Shown here: piece after piece, positions 1-9,551 of the stretch
Numbering within the stretch: position 1 is the first letter of the stretch
Layout: each line of letters begins with the position of its first letter
Made by a program: the position numbers and the translations under genes
Notes under the pieces: model-generated
What the model was told of the DNA's origin: nothing
Databases searched by the model: none
Seen by the model: the letters and a program-made list of their open reading frames with translations, nothing else
Source of the DNA: an uncultured delta proteobacterium
GTDB taxonomy: Bacteria; Desulfobacterota; Desulfuromonadia; Geobacterales; DSM-12255
Assembly (NCBI GenBank): GCA_963787125.1
Contig: CAWBBV010000007.1
Coordinates: 320,001-384,000 of the forward strand
Direction of reading: 5' to 3'
DNA length: 64,000 nucleotides

Positions 1-35
1 AAGTTAACGTCGGTGAGTCAGGCTACATTTATGCG

Positions 36-1583
36 ATGACCGGTGATGGCACGTTAAAGGTTCATCTGGCACGTGAGGGGGAGAATGTTTATGACGAGCA
101 GGATGAAAAAGGGCGTTATTTTATCAGGGAGATGTGCAAAAAGGCGCGTCTTTCCAAGCCAGGCGAGGTTCTGTACATAGTTTACCCCTGGCGCAATGCT
201 GTTCTTGGGGACCAGAGAGCCAGAAATAAAGTAGTGGCTTACAGATATCTGCGCGAATGGGACTGGATAATCGCTGCTGGCGGCTACCTTGACGAAACTT
301 ACGACAATGAGGCGTTCGAGCGTAGCTCATTCGAGCTTCTAAGAGAGAAACTAAAGCAGAAAAAGGTTGGCACAACAGGATATATCTTCTGTATGGACCG
401 CAAAGGGACATTCAAGATCCATCCGACAGGTGAAGGGAAGAACTTCTATAACGCCAGGGGAAATGACGGTCAACAGTTTATTCGCGAGATGTGTGAGAAG
501 AAAAGTGGTTGGATAAGGTACTCCTGGAAAAACAGGGGGGAGTATGATTCCCGTGTTAAAATTGTCAGGTATGATTATTTTGCTCCCTGGGACTGGATAA
601 TTGCTGTCGGCTCTTATGAAGATGAATTTTATAGCGAGGCAAATAAGATAAAATGGCGAATTATTGCCTGGATGGGGCTGCTGACTTTAATTGTAGGCCT
701 GGGGGCAACTGCACTGGTGTTTATTGCTGCAAGAGTATTTATCGAACCGATAAACCGGATGCTGACGACAATCAGGCAGGTGAAACGTGGGCGGCTCGAC
801 GTCCGGGTAGAGATAACTTCTGCTGATGAACTAGGTGAGCTTGGCGCGGCTTTCAACCGGATGACAGAGATGATCCAGCGTAATCGCACCCTGGAAGCTA
901 CGCTTGCCCAGCAGGGCAAGATGGCGTCGCTCGGAGTGCTCTCTTCAGGAGTGGCTCACGAGATCAATAACCCCCTTGGTGTTATTCTCGGATATGCCGC
1001 TTATCTGGAAGGGAAGATGAGTGAGGATGATCCTGGCTATAAATATATCCACGAAATAAAGCGGGAGAGCAAGCGCTGCAAGAAGATCGTGCAGGAGCTT
1101 CTCAATTACGCCCGGACGCCGAAACCGATTCTGGCGGAGATCGATCTCAATACGCTCCTTGAACAGATAATCGATTTTGCCGCAAACCATACCGACATGC
1201 ACGATGTCAGGGTAGTAATGGAGCTGGAGAAGGGGCTGCCTGCAGTGATGCTGGATGGTGACCAGATGCGTCAGGTGGCTATCAATCTCATTCTTAATGC
1301 TGGCGCGGCAATGGGAGTAGGCGGGATACTTAAGGTTTCTACCTCCATAGAGGCTGAATATGCGGTTATCAGGTTTTGCGATAATGGCAGCGGTGTCCCC
1401 CGGGAAAATCTGGAAAAAATCTTCGAACCGTTCTTTACCACAAAAGATAAGGGCACCGGCTTGGGGCTTGCTATCACCAAGCAGATCATTGAGCAGCATC
1501 ACGGCAAAATTGCAATAGATAGTGTAGCCGGAATAGGGACGACAATCACGGTAAAGTTGCCGTTCATTCCGGAGGAGTTTTGA
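36..1583 (+). CDS. Cache-domain sensor histidine kinase (5' end probably outside the window)
   Basis: Tandem Cache-like repeats ([16 protein letters not shown]), TM segment, HAMP, H-box AHEINNPL, and N/G1/F/G2 boxes ([25 protein letters not shown]). Confidence 0.92.
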   Translation: MTGDGTLKVHLAREGENVYDEQDEKGRYFIREMCKKARLSKPGEVLYIVYPWRNAVLGDQRARNKVVAYRYLREWDWIIAAGGYLDETYDNEAFERSSFELLREKLKQKKVGTTGYIFCMDRKGTFKIHPTGEGKNFYNARGNDGQQFIREMCEKKSGWIRYSWKNRGEYDSRVKIVRYDYFAPWDWIIAVGSYEDEFYSEANKIKWRIIAWMGLLTLIVGLGATALVFIAARVFIEPINRMLTTIRQVKRGRLDVRVEITSADELGELGAAFNRMTEMIQRNRTLEATLAQQGKMASLGVLSSGVAHEINNPLGVILGYAAYLEGKMSEDDPGYKYIHEIKRESKRCKKIVQELLNYARTPKPILAEIDLNTLLEQIIDFAANHTDMHDVRVVMELEKGLPAVMLDGDQMRQVAINLILNAGAAMGVGGILKVSTSIEAEYAVIRFCDNGSGVPRENLEKIFEPFFTTKDKGTGLGLAITKQIIEQHHGKIAIDSVAGIGTTITVKLPFIPEEF

Positions 1584-1697
1584 ATGGAGACAACTTAAGG
1601 TTGCTTGGCGACTATGGCTGCTCGGGTCAGTAAAGGCGGACCCGACGACTCTTGGAAAATGAATCCCGCAAATTTGGAATCAGTCCTCAGATAGTGA

Positions 1698-1727
1698 TTG
1701 ACTTATCCTAGAATATCGTTCTATAAA
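1698..1727 (+). promoter_or_regulatory. Putative sigma70 promoter of the riboswitch-led operon
   Basis: TTGACT-N18-TATAAA about 30 nt upstream of the aptamer. Confidence 0.5.
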
Positions 1728-1757
1728 AACAACACGTTAAAACAAACTAAAATATAT

Positions 1758-1845
1758 TGTCACCGAAACGGCAAAACACGGGTAACCGTGTGACGCAAAG
1801 CTACCTGTCCAATACCTGATTGGATAGAGGGGCAGTCGAAGGGCA
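1758..1845 (+). ncRNA. c-di-GMP-I (GEMM-I) riboswitch aptamer
   Basis: GGCAAA-ACACGG-GTAA-CCGTGT-GACGCAAAGC core (P2 with GNRA loop) followed by a second stem TCCAAT...ATTGGA; located in a 5' leader. Confidence 0.88.
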
Positions 1846-1854
1846 GATGGATAT

Positions 1855-1885
1855 AAGCCCACCATTCGTTGTGTGGGCTTTTTTA
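1855..1885 (+). terminator. Intrinsic terminator, likely riboswitch expression platform
   Basis: AAGCCCAC...GTGGGCTT stem followed by a T-tract, between the aptamer and the ATG at 1923. Confidence 0.8.
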
Positions 1886-1922
1886 TTTTGTATTCAATTT
1901 TCTGTATTTTTGGGAGGAACCG

Positions 1923-4844
1923 ATGTTTCGCAGACACTCCAGAATAATCGCCGCGGTTGTTTTATCTTTCTTCACCTGGACGTCAGGCGGTGTCTTCAGC
2001 ATTGCCCATGCGGCGCAGGATGCCGTCAAAAAGTCTAATGCCCAGCCTCAGGCGAAGAAGGGCGAAGGGGCGGAGGAGCGTTTTGCCAGGCTGACAGAGG
2101 AGCTGAGTGCCGATCTCTTTGACCCGAAAACCGGTCATGTACACAAGAGGCAGCGGCTGACGGCGCGTAAGGTTGAGCTGGACTCCCTCGACACTGACAT
2201 TCGCCAGCAGTTTGCCGAAACGGAAAAGAAGCTAAAAGACGCCAAGCTGCCCGCTGAGATCCTGGCGCGGCATGCCAAATTCGTCAAACACTATGACGAC
2301 AACCTGGCTGAGTTGAAAGGGAACATGGCGCTGGTAGAGAGCGCCACCGATGCAGCGGAGACCGAAGCTGCAATCGATAAAACCCGCCAGCACCTGGAGC
2401 GGGTCAAAGCCCCCTCCCGCCACAAGAAACTCGATCCCAACAATCTTCCCCACCGGCAGCCGAAGGCGCTGAAGCGGGAGCCTCGGCTGAAGAAAGAAGA
2501 TTTCGACAAGGATCTCAAAAAAGACAAACACGCCTGGAAAAGCGCCAAGAGAATCATGGTCGCCTCGACCGGCTCCGTTGCCGGGCTGCTCCCTGCCGAT
2601 GATCTGGCCGAAACCGTTGAGGTGCAGCTAACTCCGGAGATAAAAGCCAAGGCGCTGGAGCTGGGGAACAGTCCGGTGAAGATCTACGAGTGGGTGCGGA
2701 ACAACGTCAAGTTCGTCCCCACCTGGGGCTCCATCCAGGGGGCGCAGATGACGCTTCTGACCAGGCAGGGAAACTCATTCGACACAAGTTCCCTCCTCAT
2801 CGCCCTCCTGCGGGCAGCCGGGATCAATGCCCGCTATGTTACCGGCACAGTTGAACTTCCCATTGACAATATCATGAACTGGGCCGGAGGTTTCACCGAC
2901 CCAATGGCCGCTCTCGATTTCATGTCCAGTGGCGGCATTCCCACCAAGGGACTTGTTAGCGGCGGCAAGATTGTTGCTGCCCGCTTTGAGCACGTCTCGG
3001 TTGAAGCCTTCATCGACTACATCCCCTCCAGAGGGGCGAAGCACAAGCAGGGACAAGGTGACACCTGGATACCTCTTGATCCGAGCTATAAGCAGTACAC
3101 CTTCACTCAAGGCATCGACATCAAGTCCGCCGTCCCCTTCAACGCTCAGGGGTTCCTCGACCAGATCAAGGCAACCGCCGCCATCAACGAAACCGCAGGC
3201 TACGTCACCGGTATCGACTCCCTCCTTACCCAGCAGACCATGCAGGACTACCAGGCACGGGTCCAGAGCTACATCCAGCAGAACCACGCCAACGCCACCG
3301 TCGGCGATGTCCTCGGCAAGAAAGAGATCGTCAAAAAAGAGTACCGCCATCTCCTCGGCACCCTGCCGTATCGCACCGCAGTCAAGGGAAGTACGTTTAC
3401 CACCATCCCCGACAGCCTGCGGCACAAGCTCTCCTTCAGAGTAGAGAATGAAGCAACCAACACCTTCGTTGACCCCGAAGCACCGGCACCGGTGGATAAC
3501 TCCCTCACCATAAACAAAAGCCTGGCGGAACTGGCAGGCAAGAAGATAACCCTCAGCTACTCACCGGCAACCGTACAGGACGAAGCGGTCATTAACTCCT
3601 ACCTCCCCCGGCCCCATGCAGACGGCACCCCCATACAGCCAAGCGAACTGCCAACCCAGCTCCCGGCGTACCTCATCAATGTCAAACCGGAACTCAGAAT
3701 TGACGGGCAGGTGGTAGCCACCGGAGCGCCGGTAGGCCTGGGCGGCATCAACATCTCCACCATGACCTTCTCCGACCCTGCCTACGGCTCAAGCCAGGTC
3801 ACCAACTACATTGACGCCGGGGTCTATCAGGCAATAGGGCTCAACTTGGGGAGGATCAGCGCTGAGCAGTTAACCAGTCTAAAAGCAAAACTGGAAGCTA
3901 CCAAAGCAAAGCTGCAGAACAACGACTTTGCCACCATGACCAAGGATGATCTGATGGGTGATCTCCTCTACACCACCGCCATGTTTTATCATTCCGGGCT
4001 TGACAAGATGAACAACATCATCGCTCGAACCCTGAATGTCAGTGCTATCACCCTTCCATCGGAAACCATTTTCGCCACCAAGCTCAATGTCATGATGTTT
4101 TTCGGAATACCGAGATATGTCCGGGCAGGCGGCTTGAACATGGATGCGGACTACCTCGTACAGGTGGTAAAATCTAAAGACGGCAATGTTGACACTGCCA
4201 GGCACTACATGCTCAGTAGCGGCATGACGTCATCGGCTCTGGAACATGGCGTGCCGGAACAGCTCTTTTCGACGACAGATACCCCGTTAGAGGGTGTAAG
4301 CACAATAAAAGCGCTCAAAATCGCCTCAGACCAAGGCATTCCAATTTATACAGTAAACCAGAGTAATATTGCCACCACACTGCCGCAACTGCAAATCAGT
4401 CAGCAGATAAAAGACGACATCACTAACGCAGTTAACGCAGGTAAAGTTGTCACCGTTTCTAAAACCAACATTAATTTCAACGGCTGGAATGGTTGCGGGT
4501 ACATTATTGCTAATCCGGATACCGGTGCCGGGGCGTACATGATTAGTGGTGGAACAAGCGGTGGAGATATTATTCTAATCGGTGCATTTCTAAGAAACGA
4601 TATAATTAACGCGCTGGTCAAGTATGCTCCAGAAAAAGAAGCTTTTACTCGGGCAACATCAAAACTCTTAAACGAAGGTGAACTGCTTAATGTTCTAATA
4701 GAAGTAACACAAAAAGAAGCAGCAAATGCTGCTGCACTTAGGGTATTACTTGGCTCACTTCTTGGTGCTACCGTAATTGTTTTGACTCCGTCAACATTAC
4801 AAGATCCGTATTTAGGTGCTGATGGTAATTGGTATTGGCCATAG
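1923..4844 (+). CDS. Secreted transglutaminase-like (TGc) domain protein with variable C-terminal tail, copy 1
   Basis: GGAGG RBS before ATG 1923; Sec signal ending AHA; TGc motifs IYEWVRNN, GNSFDTSSLLIALLRAAGINARY, HVSVE, WIPLDPS. Confidence 0.85.
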   Translation: MFRRHSRIIAAVVLSFFTWTSGGVFSIAHAAQDAVKKSNAQPQAKKGEGAEERFARLTEELSADLFDPKTGHVHKRQRLTARKVELDSLDTDIRQQFAETEKKLKDAKLPAEILARHAKFVKHYDDNLAELKGNMALVESATDAAETEAAIDKTRQHLERVKAPSRHKKLDPNNLPHRQPKALKREPRLKKEDFDKDLKKDKHAWKSAKRIMVASTGSVAGLLPADDLAETVEVQLTPEIKAKALELGNSPVKIYEWVRNNVKFVPTWGSIQGAQMTLLTRQGNSFDTSSLLIALLRAAGINARYVTGTVELPIDNIMNWAGGFTDPMAALDFMSSGGIPTKGLVSGGKIVAARFEHVSVEAFIDYIPSRGAKHKQGQGDTWIPLDPSYKQYTFTQGIDIKSAVPFNAQGFLDQIKATAAINETAGYVTGIDSLLTQQTMQDYQARVQSYIQQNHANATVGDVLGKKEIVKKEYRHLLGTLPYRTAVKGSTFTTIPDSLRHKLSFRVENEATNTFVDPEAPAPVDNSLTINKSLAELAGKKITLSYSPATVQDEAVINSYLPRPHADGTPIQPSELPTQLPAYLINVKPELRIDGQVVATGAPVGLGGINISTMTFSDPAYGSSQVTNYIDAGVYQAIGLNLGRISAEQLTSLKAKLEATKAKLQNNDFATMTKDDLMGDLLYTTAMFYHSGLDKMNNIIARTLNVSAITLPSETIFATKLNVMMFFGIPRYVRAGGLNMDADYLVQVVKSKDGNVDTARHYMLSSGMTSSALEHGVPEQLFSTTDTPLEGVSTIKALKIASDQGIPIYTVNQSNIATTLPQLQISQQIKDDITNAVNAGKVVTVSKTNINFNGWNGCGYIIANPDTGAGAYMISGGTSGGDIILIGAFLRNDIINALVKYAPEKEAFTRATSKLLNEGELLNVLIEVTQKEAANAAALRVLLGSLLGATVIVLTPSTLQDPYLGADGNWYWP

Positions 4845-4908
4845 TTGTAAAGAAGTACCAATTCCACTTAGTTACTACAAAAAATATTCAGGGACAAGGA
4901 GTCGTTAA

Positions 4909-5388
4909 ATGTTTGATATAACCAGATTGTTTGGCAAATATGCAAAACCTCACACTAGAACTAAGTTTGAAATTACTACCATTATATGTATGTCAGTATT
5001 TATGCGTAATTTTGAAGAAATTACAAACAAGCGTTCACTACAAGACATTGCAAAATTAATGCAACAGTTTTATGGGCTTATTGCAAGTGCTACTACTGAT
5101 TTTAATGCCGACATTGACAGGTTTTGCCACAACCAAGTGCTAATATATTTTAAGCATGATATTAATCACGCTGAAGATCATGCTATAAAATGCGGACATA
5201 ATATTATTAGTAACTTTCACAATTATGATGAGTCGTTAGATATCGGCGTCGGAATATGTAAAGGTGAAATTATTTATGGCATATTTGGATCTGAAACAAG
5301 AGCTACGGTAACTGGTTTTGGTCCTGTTGTTAACACTTCAATTGAACTATCTAAAAACAAAAGTGGAGTAAATAGCGTTACCCTATAA
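4909..5388 (+). CDS. AT-rich degenerate class III nucleotide-cyclase-like protein (candidate immunity protein)
   Basis: AAGGAG RBS; IGVGICKGEIIYGIFGS...TGFGPVVN resembles the adenylate/guanylate cyclase core, but catalytic residues are altered. Confidence 0.6.
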   Translation: MFDITRLFGKYAKPHTRTKFEITTIICMSVFMRNFEEITNKRSLQDIAKLMQQFYGLIASATTDFNADIDRFCHNQVLIYFKHDINHAEDHAIKCGHNIISNFHNYDESLDIGVGICKGEIIYGIFGSETRATVTGFGPVVNTSIELSKNKSGVNSVTL

Positions 5389-5478
5389 ACCGGGTCTGTA
5401 CTCTGGGGAAACGTGAAGACGTTGGTAGGTTGTCTCCTTTTTTGAAAAAGAACAAAAGCCGTTAAGTTGGAGGAACCG

Positions 5479-8400
5479 ATGTTTCGCAGACACTCAAGGA
5501 TAATCGCCGCAGTGGTACTGTCTTTCTTCACCTGGACATCAGGCGGCCTGTTCAGCGTCGCTCATGCAGCAACAGCTGCCGTGAAGAAGGCCAAGACCGA
5601 GGCTCCGGCAAAGAAGAGCGATGCGGCCGAGGAGCGGTTTGCGAAGCTGACTGAGGAACTGACAACCGAACTTCTCGACTCGAAAACGAGTCATGAGCAC
5701 AAGAAACAGCGGCTGACGTTCCGCAAGGGTGAGCTGGACACCCTTGACGCCGCCATCCGCAGCGAATTCGCTGCCACCGAGACGAAACTGAAAAACGCCA
5801 AGCTGCCGCCAGAGATCCTGACCAGACATGCCAAGTTCGTCAAACACTACGACGACAACCTTTCCGAGCTGAAGGGGAACATGGCTTTTGTTGAGAGCAC
5901 CCAGGATGCGGCTGAGGCAGAAGCAGCGCTGGAAAAGACCCGCCAGCATTTGGCAAAGGTCAAGGCACCGTCGCGGCACCAGAAACTCGATCCCAACAAC
6001 CTCCCCCATCGGCAGCCGAAGGCGATCAAGCGGGAACCGCGGCTGAAGAAGGAGGATTTCGATAAGGATCTCAAAAAAGACAATCACGCCTGGAAAAGCG
6101 CCAAGAGAATCATGGTCGCCTCGACTGGCTCCGTTGCCGGATTGCTTCCTTCAGATGACCTGGCCGAAACGATAGAAGTCCAGTTAACCCCGGAGATCAG
6201 GGCCAAAGCGCTGGAGCTGGGGAACAGTCCGGTGAAGATCTACGAGTGGGTGCGGAACAACATCGAATTTGTCCCCACCTGGGGCTCCATCCAGGGAGCC
6301 CAGATGACGCTCTTGACCAGGCAGGGGAACTCATTCGACACAAGTTCTCTACTGATAGCGCTGCTGCGGGCCGCAGGGATCAATGCCCGCTATGTTATTG
6401 GTACGGTTGAACTCCCAATTGATAAGATCATGAACTGGGCGGGCGGCTTCACCGACCCCCTGGCTGCCCTAGATTTCATGTCCAGCGGTGGCATACCCAC
6501 CAAGGGTCTGGTTGCCGGGGGCAAGATCGTAGCTGCTCGCTTTGAGCATGTCTCGATCGAAGCCTTCATCAACTACATCCCGTCCCGTGGAGCAAAGCAT
6601 ATCAATGGCAAGGGTGATACCTGGATCAAGCTTGATCCGAGCTTCAAGCAGTACAACTTCACCCAAGGCATCGACATCAAAACCGCCGTCCCCTTCGATG
6701 CACAGGCATTCCTCACCCAGCTGAAATCATCCGCCACCATCAACGAAACCGCTGGATACGTCACCGGCATCAACTCCCTCCTCACCCAACAGACCATGCA
6801 GGACTACCAGACGAGGGTGCAGAGCTACATCCAGCAGAACCATCCCAACGCTACCGTCGGCGATGTGATTGGCAAGAAAGAGATCATCAAAAAGGAATAC
6901 CGCCATCTTCTCGGCACCCTGCCGTACCGCACCGCAGTCAAGGGGGCAACTTTTACCACCATCCCCGACAGCTTGCGGCACAAGCTCTCCTTCAGGGTAG
7001 AGAACGAAGCCGCAAACACCTTCGTTGATCCTGATGCACCGGCAGCGGTGGACAACTCCCTGAGCATCACCAAAAGCCTGGCAGAACTGGCAGGCAAGAA
7101 GATAACCCTCAGCTACTCCCCGGCAACCCCTCAGGACGAAGTTATCATCAACGCCTATCTGCCAAGCCCGCATGCCGACGGCACTCCCATACAGCCAAGC
7201 GAACTCCCCAGCCAGCTACCGGCGTATCTGATCAACGTCAAACCGGAACTCAGGATTGACGGTCAGGTAGTGGCCACCGGAGCGCCGGTAGGCCTTGGCG
7301 GCACCAACATCTCCACCATGACCTTCAGCGACCCGGCTTACGGCTCAAGCCAGATAACCAACTACATTGACGCCGGGGTGTACCAGGCAATCGGGCTCAA
7401 CCTGGGGCGAATCAGCGCCGAGCAGTTAACCGGGCTCAAAGCAAAACTGGAAGCTACCAAAGCAAAACTGCAGAACAACGACTTCGCCGGCATGACCAAA
7501 GATGATCTGATCGGTGATCTCCTCTACACCACCGCCATGGCCTATCATGCCGAACTCGGCACCATGAACTACATTGCCGCAAAAACCATGAACGTCAACG
7601 CCATCACCGTACCGTCAGAAACCATCTTCGCCACCAAGCTCAAAGTAATGTGTCTTTGGGGAATACCGCGCTATATCAGTTCCGGCGGACTCAATATGGA
7701 TGCTGATTATCTGATGCAGGTAGTAAAGGCAAAAGACGGCAACAGCGAGACCGCCAAGCAGTATATGCTCTCCAGCGGCATGACTTCCTCGGCGCTGGAG
7801 CACAATGTGCCGGAGAAGCTCTTCTCCACGCCGGACAGCCCTGCCCAAGGGATCAGCACGGTCAAGGCGCTGAAGATTGCCAATGACCAGGGAATCCCGG
7901 TCTACACGGTCAATCAGGCGAACATTGCGACAGTTATGCCGCAATTGCAGGTGGATCAGCAAGTGAAGGAAGACATCCAGAACGCCGTGAATGCAGGGAA
8001 GATGGTTACTGTCTCCAAGACCAACATCAACTTCAATGGATGGAATGGGTGTGGGTATATCATTACTAATCCGGAAACCGGGGCTGGTGGGTATATGATC
8101 AGTGGGGGGTCGAATGGCGCAGTAATTCAAGCCTTGTGGCTGGCTGGTTACATTATCTTGCATATCCTTGCATTCGCAGGTGTTGCGGCATTGGCTACTT
8201 TAGGTGTTTTATCTGGTGGGTTCGGATCTGCTGTAATATTTCCTGCATTTAGTGCATTTTTAGCTGAAATGATCGCTGTAGTCAGTGCAGGGTATTTAGA
8301 ATTATGCTTATTTGTAGCTAGTGCTCCTATCATTAGGGCATTATATTCCACGGTATCGCTTTGGGCGGATATGAGCCCCCCGCCTTTGCCTTTTCCGACT

Positions 8401-8550
8401 AGTCTCGGAGATTATCAATTTTGGGTGTTCTTCTTTATGGTTCGTATTCTTCACTATTTTGAATTGAAGTGGCTATTGTCTAGAGTCATACTAGAATATA
8501 ATTGGCATATTGTTAGAAGCTATGACATTCAAAATCACATTAGATGTTAA
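5479..8550 (+). CDS. Secreted transglutaminase-like domain protein with hydrophobic variable C-terminal tail, copy 2
   Basis: Same RBS/start context as copy 1 (GGAGGAACCGATGTTTCGCAGACACTC); close paralogue up to TGAGGYMISGG. Confidence 0.85.
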   Translation: MFRRHSRIIAAVVLSFFTWTSGGLFSVAHAATAAVKKAKTEAPAKKSDAAEERFAKLTEELTTELLDSKTSHEHKKQRLTFRKGELDTLDAAIRSEFAATETKLKNAKLPPEILTRHAKFVKHYDDNLSELKGNMAFVESTQDAAEAEAALEKTRQHLAKVKAPSRHQKLDPNNLPHRQPKAIKREPRLKKEDFDKDLKKDNHAWKSAKRIMVASTGSVAGLLPSDDLAETIEVQLTPEIRAKALELGNSPVKIYEWVRNNIEFVPTWGSIQGAQMTLLTRQGNSFDTSSLLIALLRAAGINARYVIGTVELPIDKIMNWAGGFTDPLAALDFMSSGGIPTKGLVAGGKIVAARFEHVSIEAFINYIPSRGAKHINGKGDTWIKLDPSFKQYNFTQGIDIKTAVPFDAQAFLTQLKSSATINETAGYVTGINSLLTQQTMQDYQTRVQSYIQQNHPNATVGDVIGKKEIIKKEYRHLLGTLPYRTAVKGATFTTIPDSLRHKLSFRVENEAANTFVDPDAPAAVDNSLSITKSLAELAGKKITLSYSPATPQDEVIINAYLPSPHADGTPIQPSELPSQLPAYLINVKPELRIDGQVVATGAPVGLGGTNISTMTFSDPAYGSSQITNYIDAGVYQAIGLNLGRISAEQLTGLKAKLEATKAKLQNNDFAGMTKDDLIGDLLYTTAMAYHAELGTMNYIAAKTMNVNAITVPSETIFATKLKVMCLWGIPRYISSGGLNMDADYLMQVVKAKDGNSETAKQYMLSSGMTSSALEHNVPEKLFSTPDSPAQGISTVKALKIANDQGIPVYTVNQANIATVMPQLQVDQQVKEDIQNAVNAGKMVTVSKTNINFNGWNGCGYIITNPETGAGGYMISGGSNGAVIQALWLAGYIILHILAFAGVAALATLGVLSGGFGSAVIFPAFSAFLAEMIAVVSAGYLELCLFVASAPIIRALYSTVSLWADMSPPPLPFPTSLGDYQFWVFFFMVRILHYFELKWLLSRVILEYNWHIVRSYDIQNHIRC

Positions 8551-8559
8551 GAGTAACAT

Positions 8560-9465
8560 ATGAAAACAAATCTCAAGTTAATTATTAACAAATACAATAA
8601 CTTCTTAATCGAAATTACAGGTTTTATTTCGGCAAGTCTAATTTTTTCATCTGGTATTGGCCGATATAGAGTATGTATTGCATATGCTGTATACAGTGTA
8701 ATTAAGGCAATTGGTACAATAAAATTTATTGGTAAAACCCCAGACATATTTTTATTGCCGGCTATCGCGATAGCAGTATATTTCGATTTAACAAAAGGTC
8801 CAGTACTCCCACTTTTTACCAATAACTATTTGTTGTTCGCGCTAGCAGTGTTGATCATAGTTGATTTGTTAACTAGGAAGCTAATGAAACGGATGATATC
8901 TACTATCAGCAATGGCGAATTATTTGTAGCGTGCCCTTCATGTAGTTTTGACAACAAAGAGTTAGTGGAAACCTGTAATAATTGCAATTATGACACAAGT
9001 AAAGGGTTTGGTAGATTTTATACCAATATATCATCACGTTTTATAGGCAATGAAATACCCTCAAAGCTATTTCGATTATTGAATATTGGTGAAAATGAAG
9101 AAGTTGTTTATCATAAAAAGCTTACTAGCAATCTGGTTTTTTTAAAAAACAATGAAAGAGAACTAAGAAAGCACCTGATAATAACAACAGAAAATGTGAT
9201 ATTCATTGATTATGAAGGTATTAGCTTTGGCATACCAAAAAGCTATCGTGCAAAAGATATTATTTCTTTAGATAAAATTGAATTTATAAAGTGTGAAATG
9301 AAAAACATTTTTATGGCAAATAGCCCGTTTCTCGAAATTGTAACCATTAACAAAGATTGTTATGGGATTACATTTTCATATTTTGGAAATTACAAGGAAG
9401 AAATGGGTGATATCGTCAAATTAATCACAAATTCGAATCCACAGGTTAAATCGACTCTCATCTGA
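8560..9465 (+). CDS. AT-rich membrane protein with zinc ribbon (candidate immunity protein)
   Basis: About four N-terminal hydrophobic segments, CPSC-x10-CNNC ribbon and a beta-rich C-terminal domain; starts 9 nt after the copy-2 stop. Confidence 0.65.
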   Translation: MKTNLKLIINKYNNFLIEITGFISASLIFSSGIGRYRVCIAYAVYSVIKAIGTIKFIGKTPDIFLLPAIAIAVYFDLTKGPVLPLFTNNYLLFALAVLIIVDLLTRKLMKRMISTISNGELFVACPSCSFDNKELVETCNNCNYDTSKGFGRFYTNISSRFIGNEIPSKLFRLLNIGENEEVVYHKKLTSNLVFLKNNERELRKHLIITTENVIFIDYEGISFGIPKSYRAKDIISLDKIEFIKCEMKNIFMANSPFLEIVTINKDCYGITFSYFGNYKEEMGDIVKLITNSNPQVKSTLI

Positions 9466-9551
9466 TTGATTGTTCAGAGATAGTAATCACCTGACAGCCG
9501 ACACGATAGCAGAAGTCAGACCATCATTTATTGAGCTCTTTTTATTGCAGC

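Noticed and set aside
1869..1922. ORF-track N-terminal extension of carrier 1
   Set aside because: Overlaps the terminator; the RBS and the paralogue support ATG 1923
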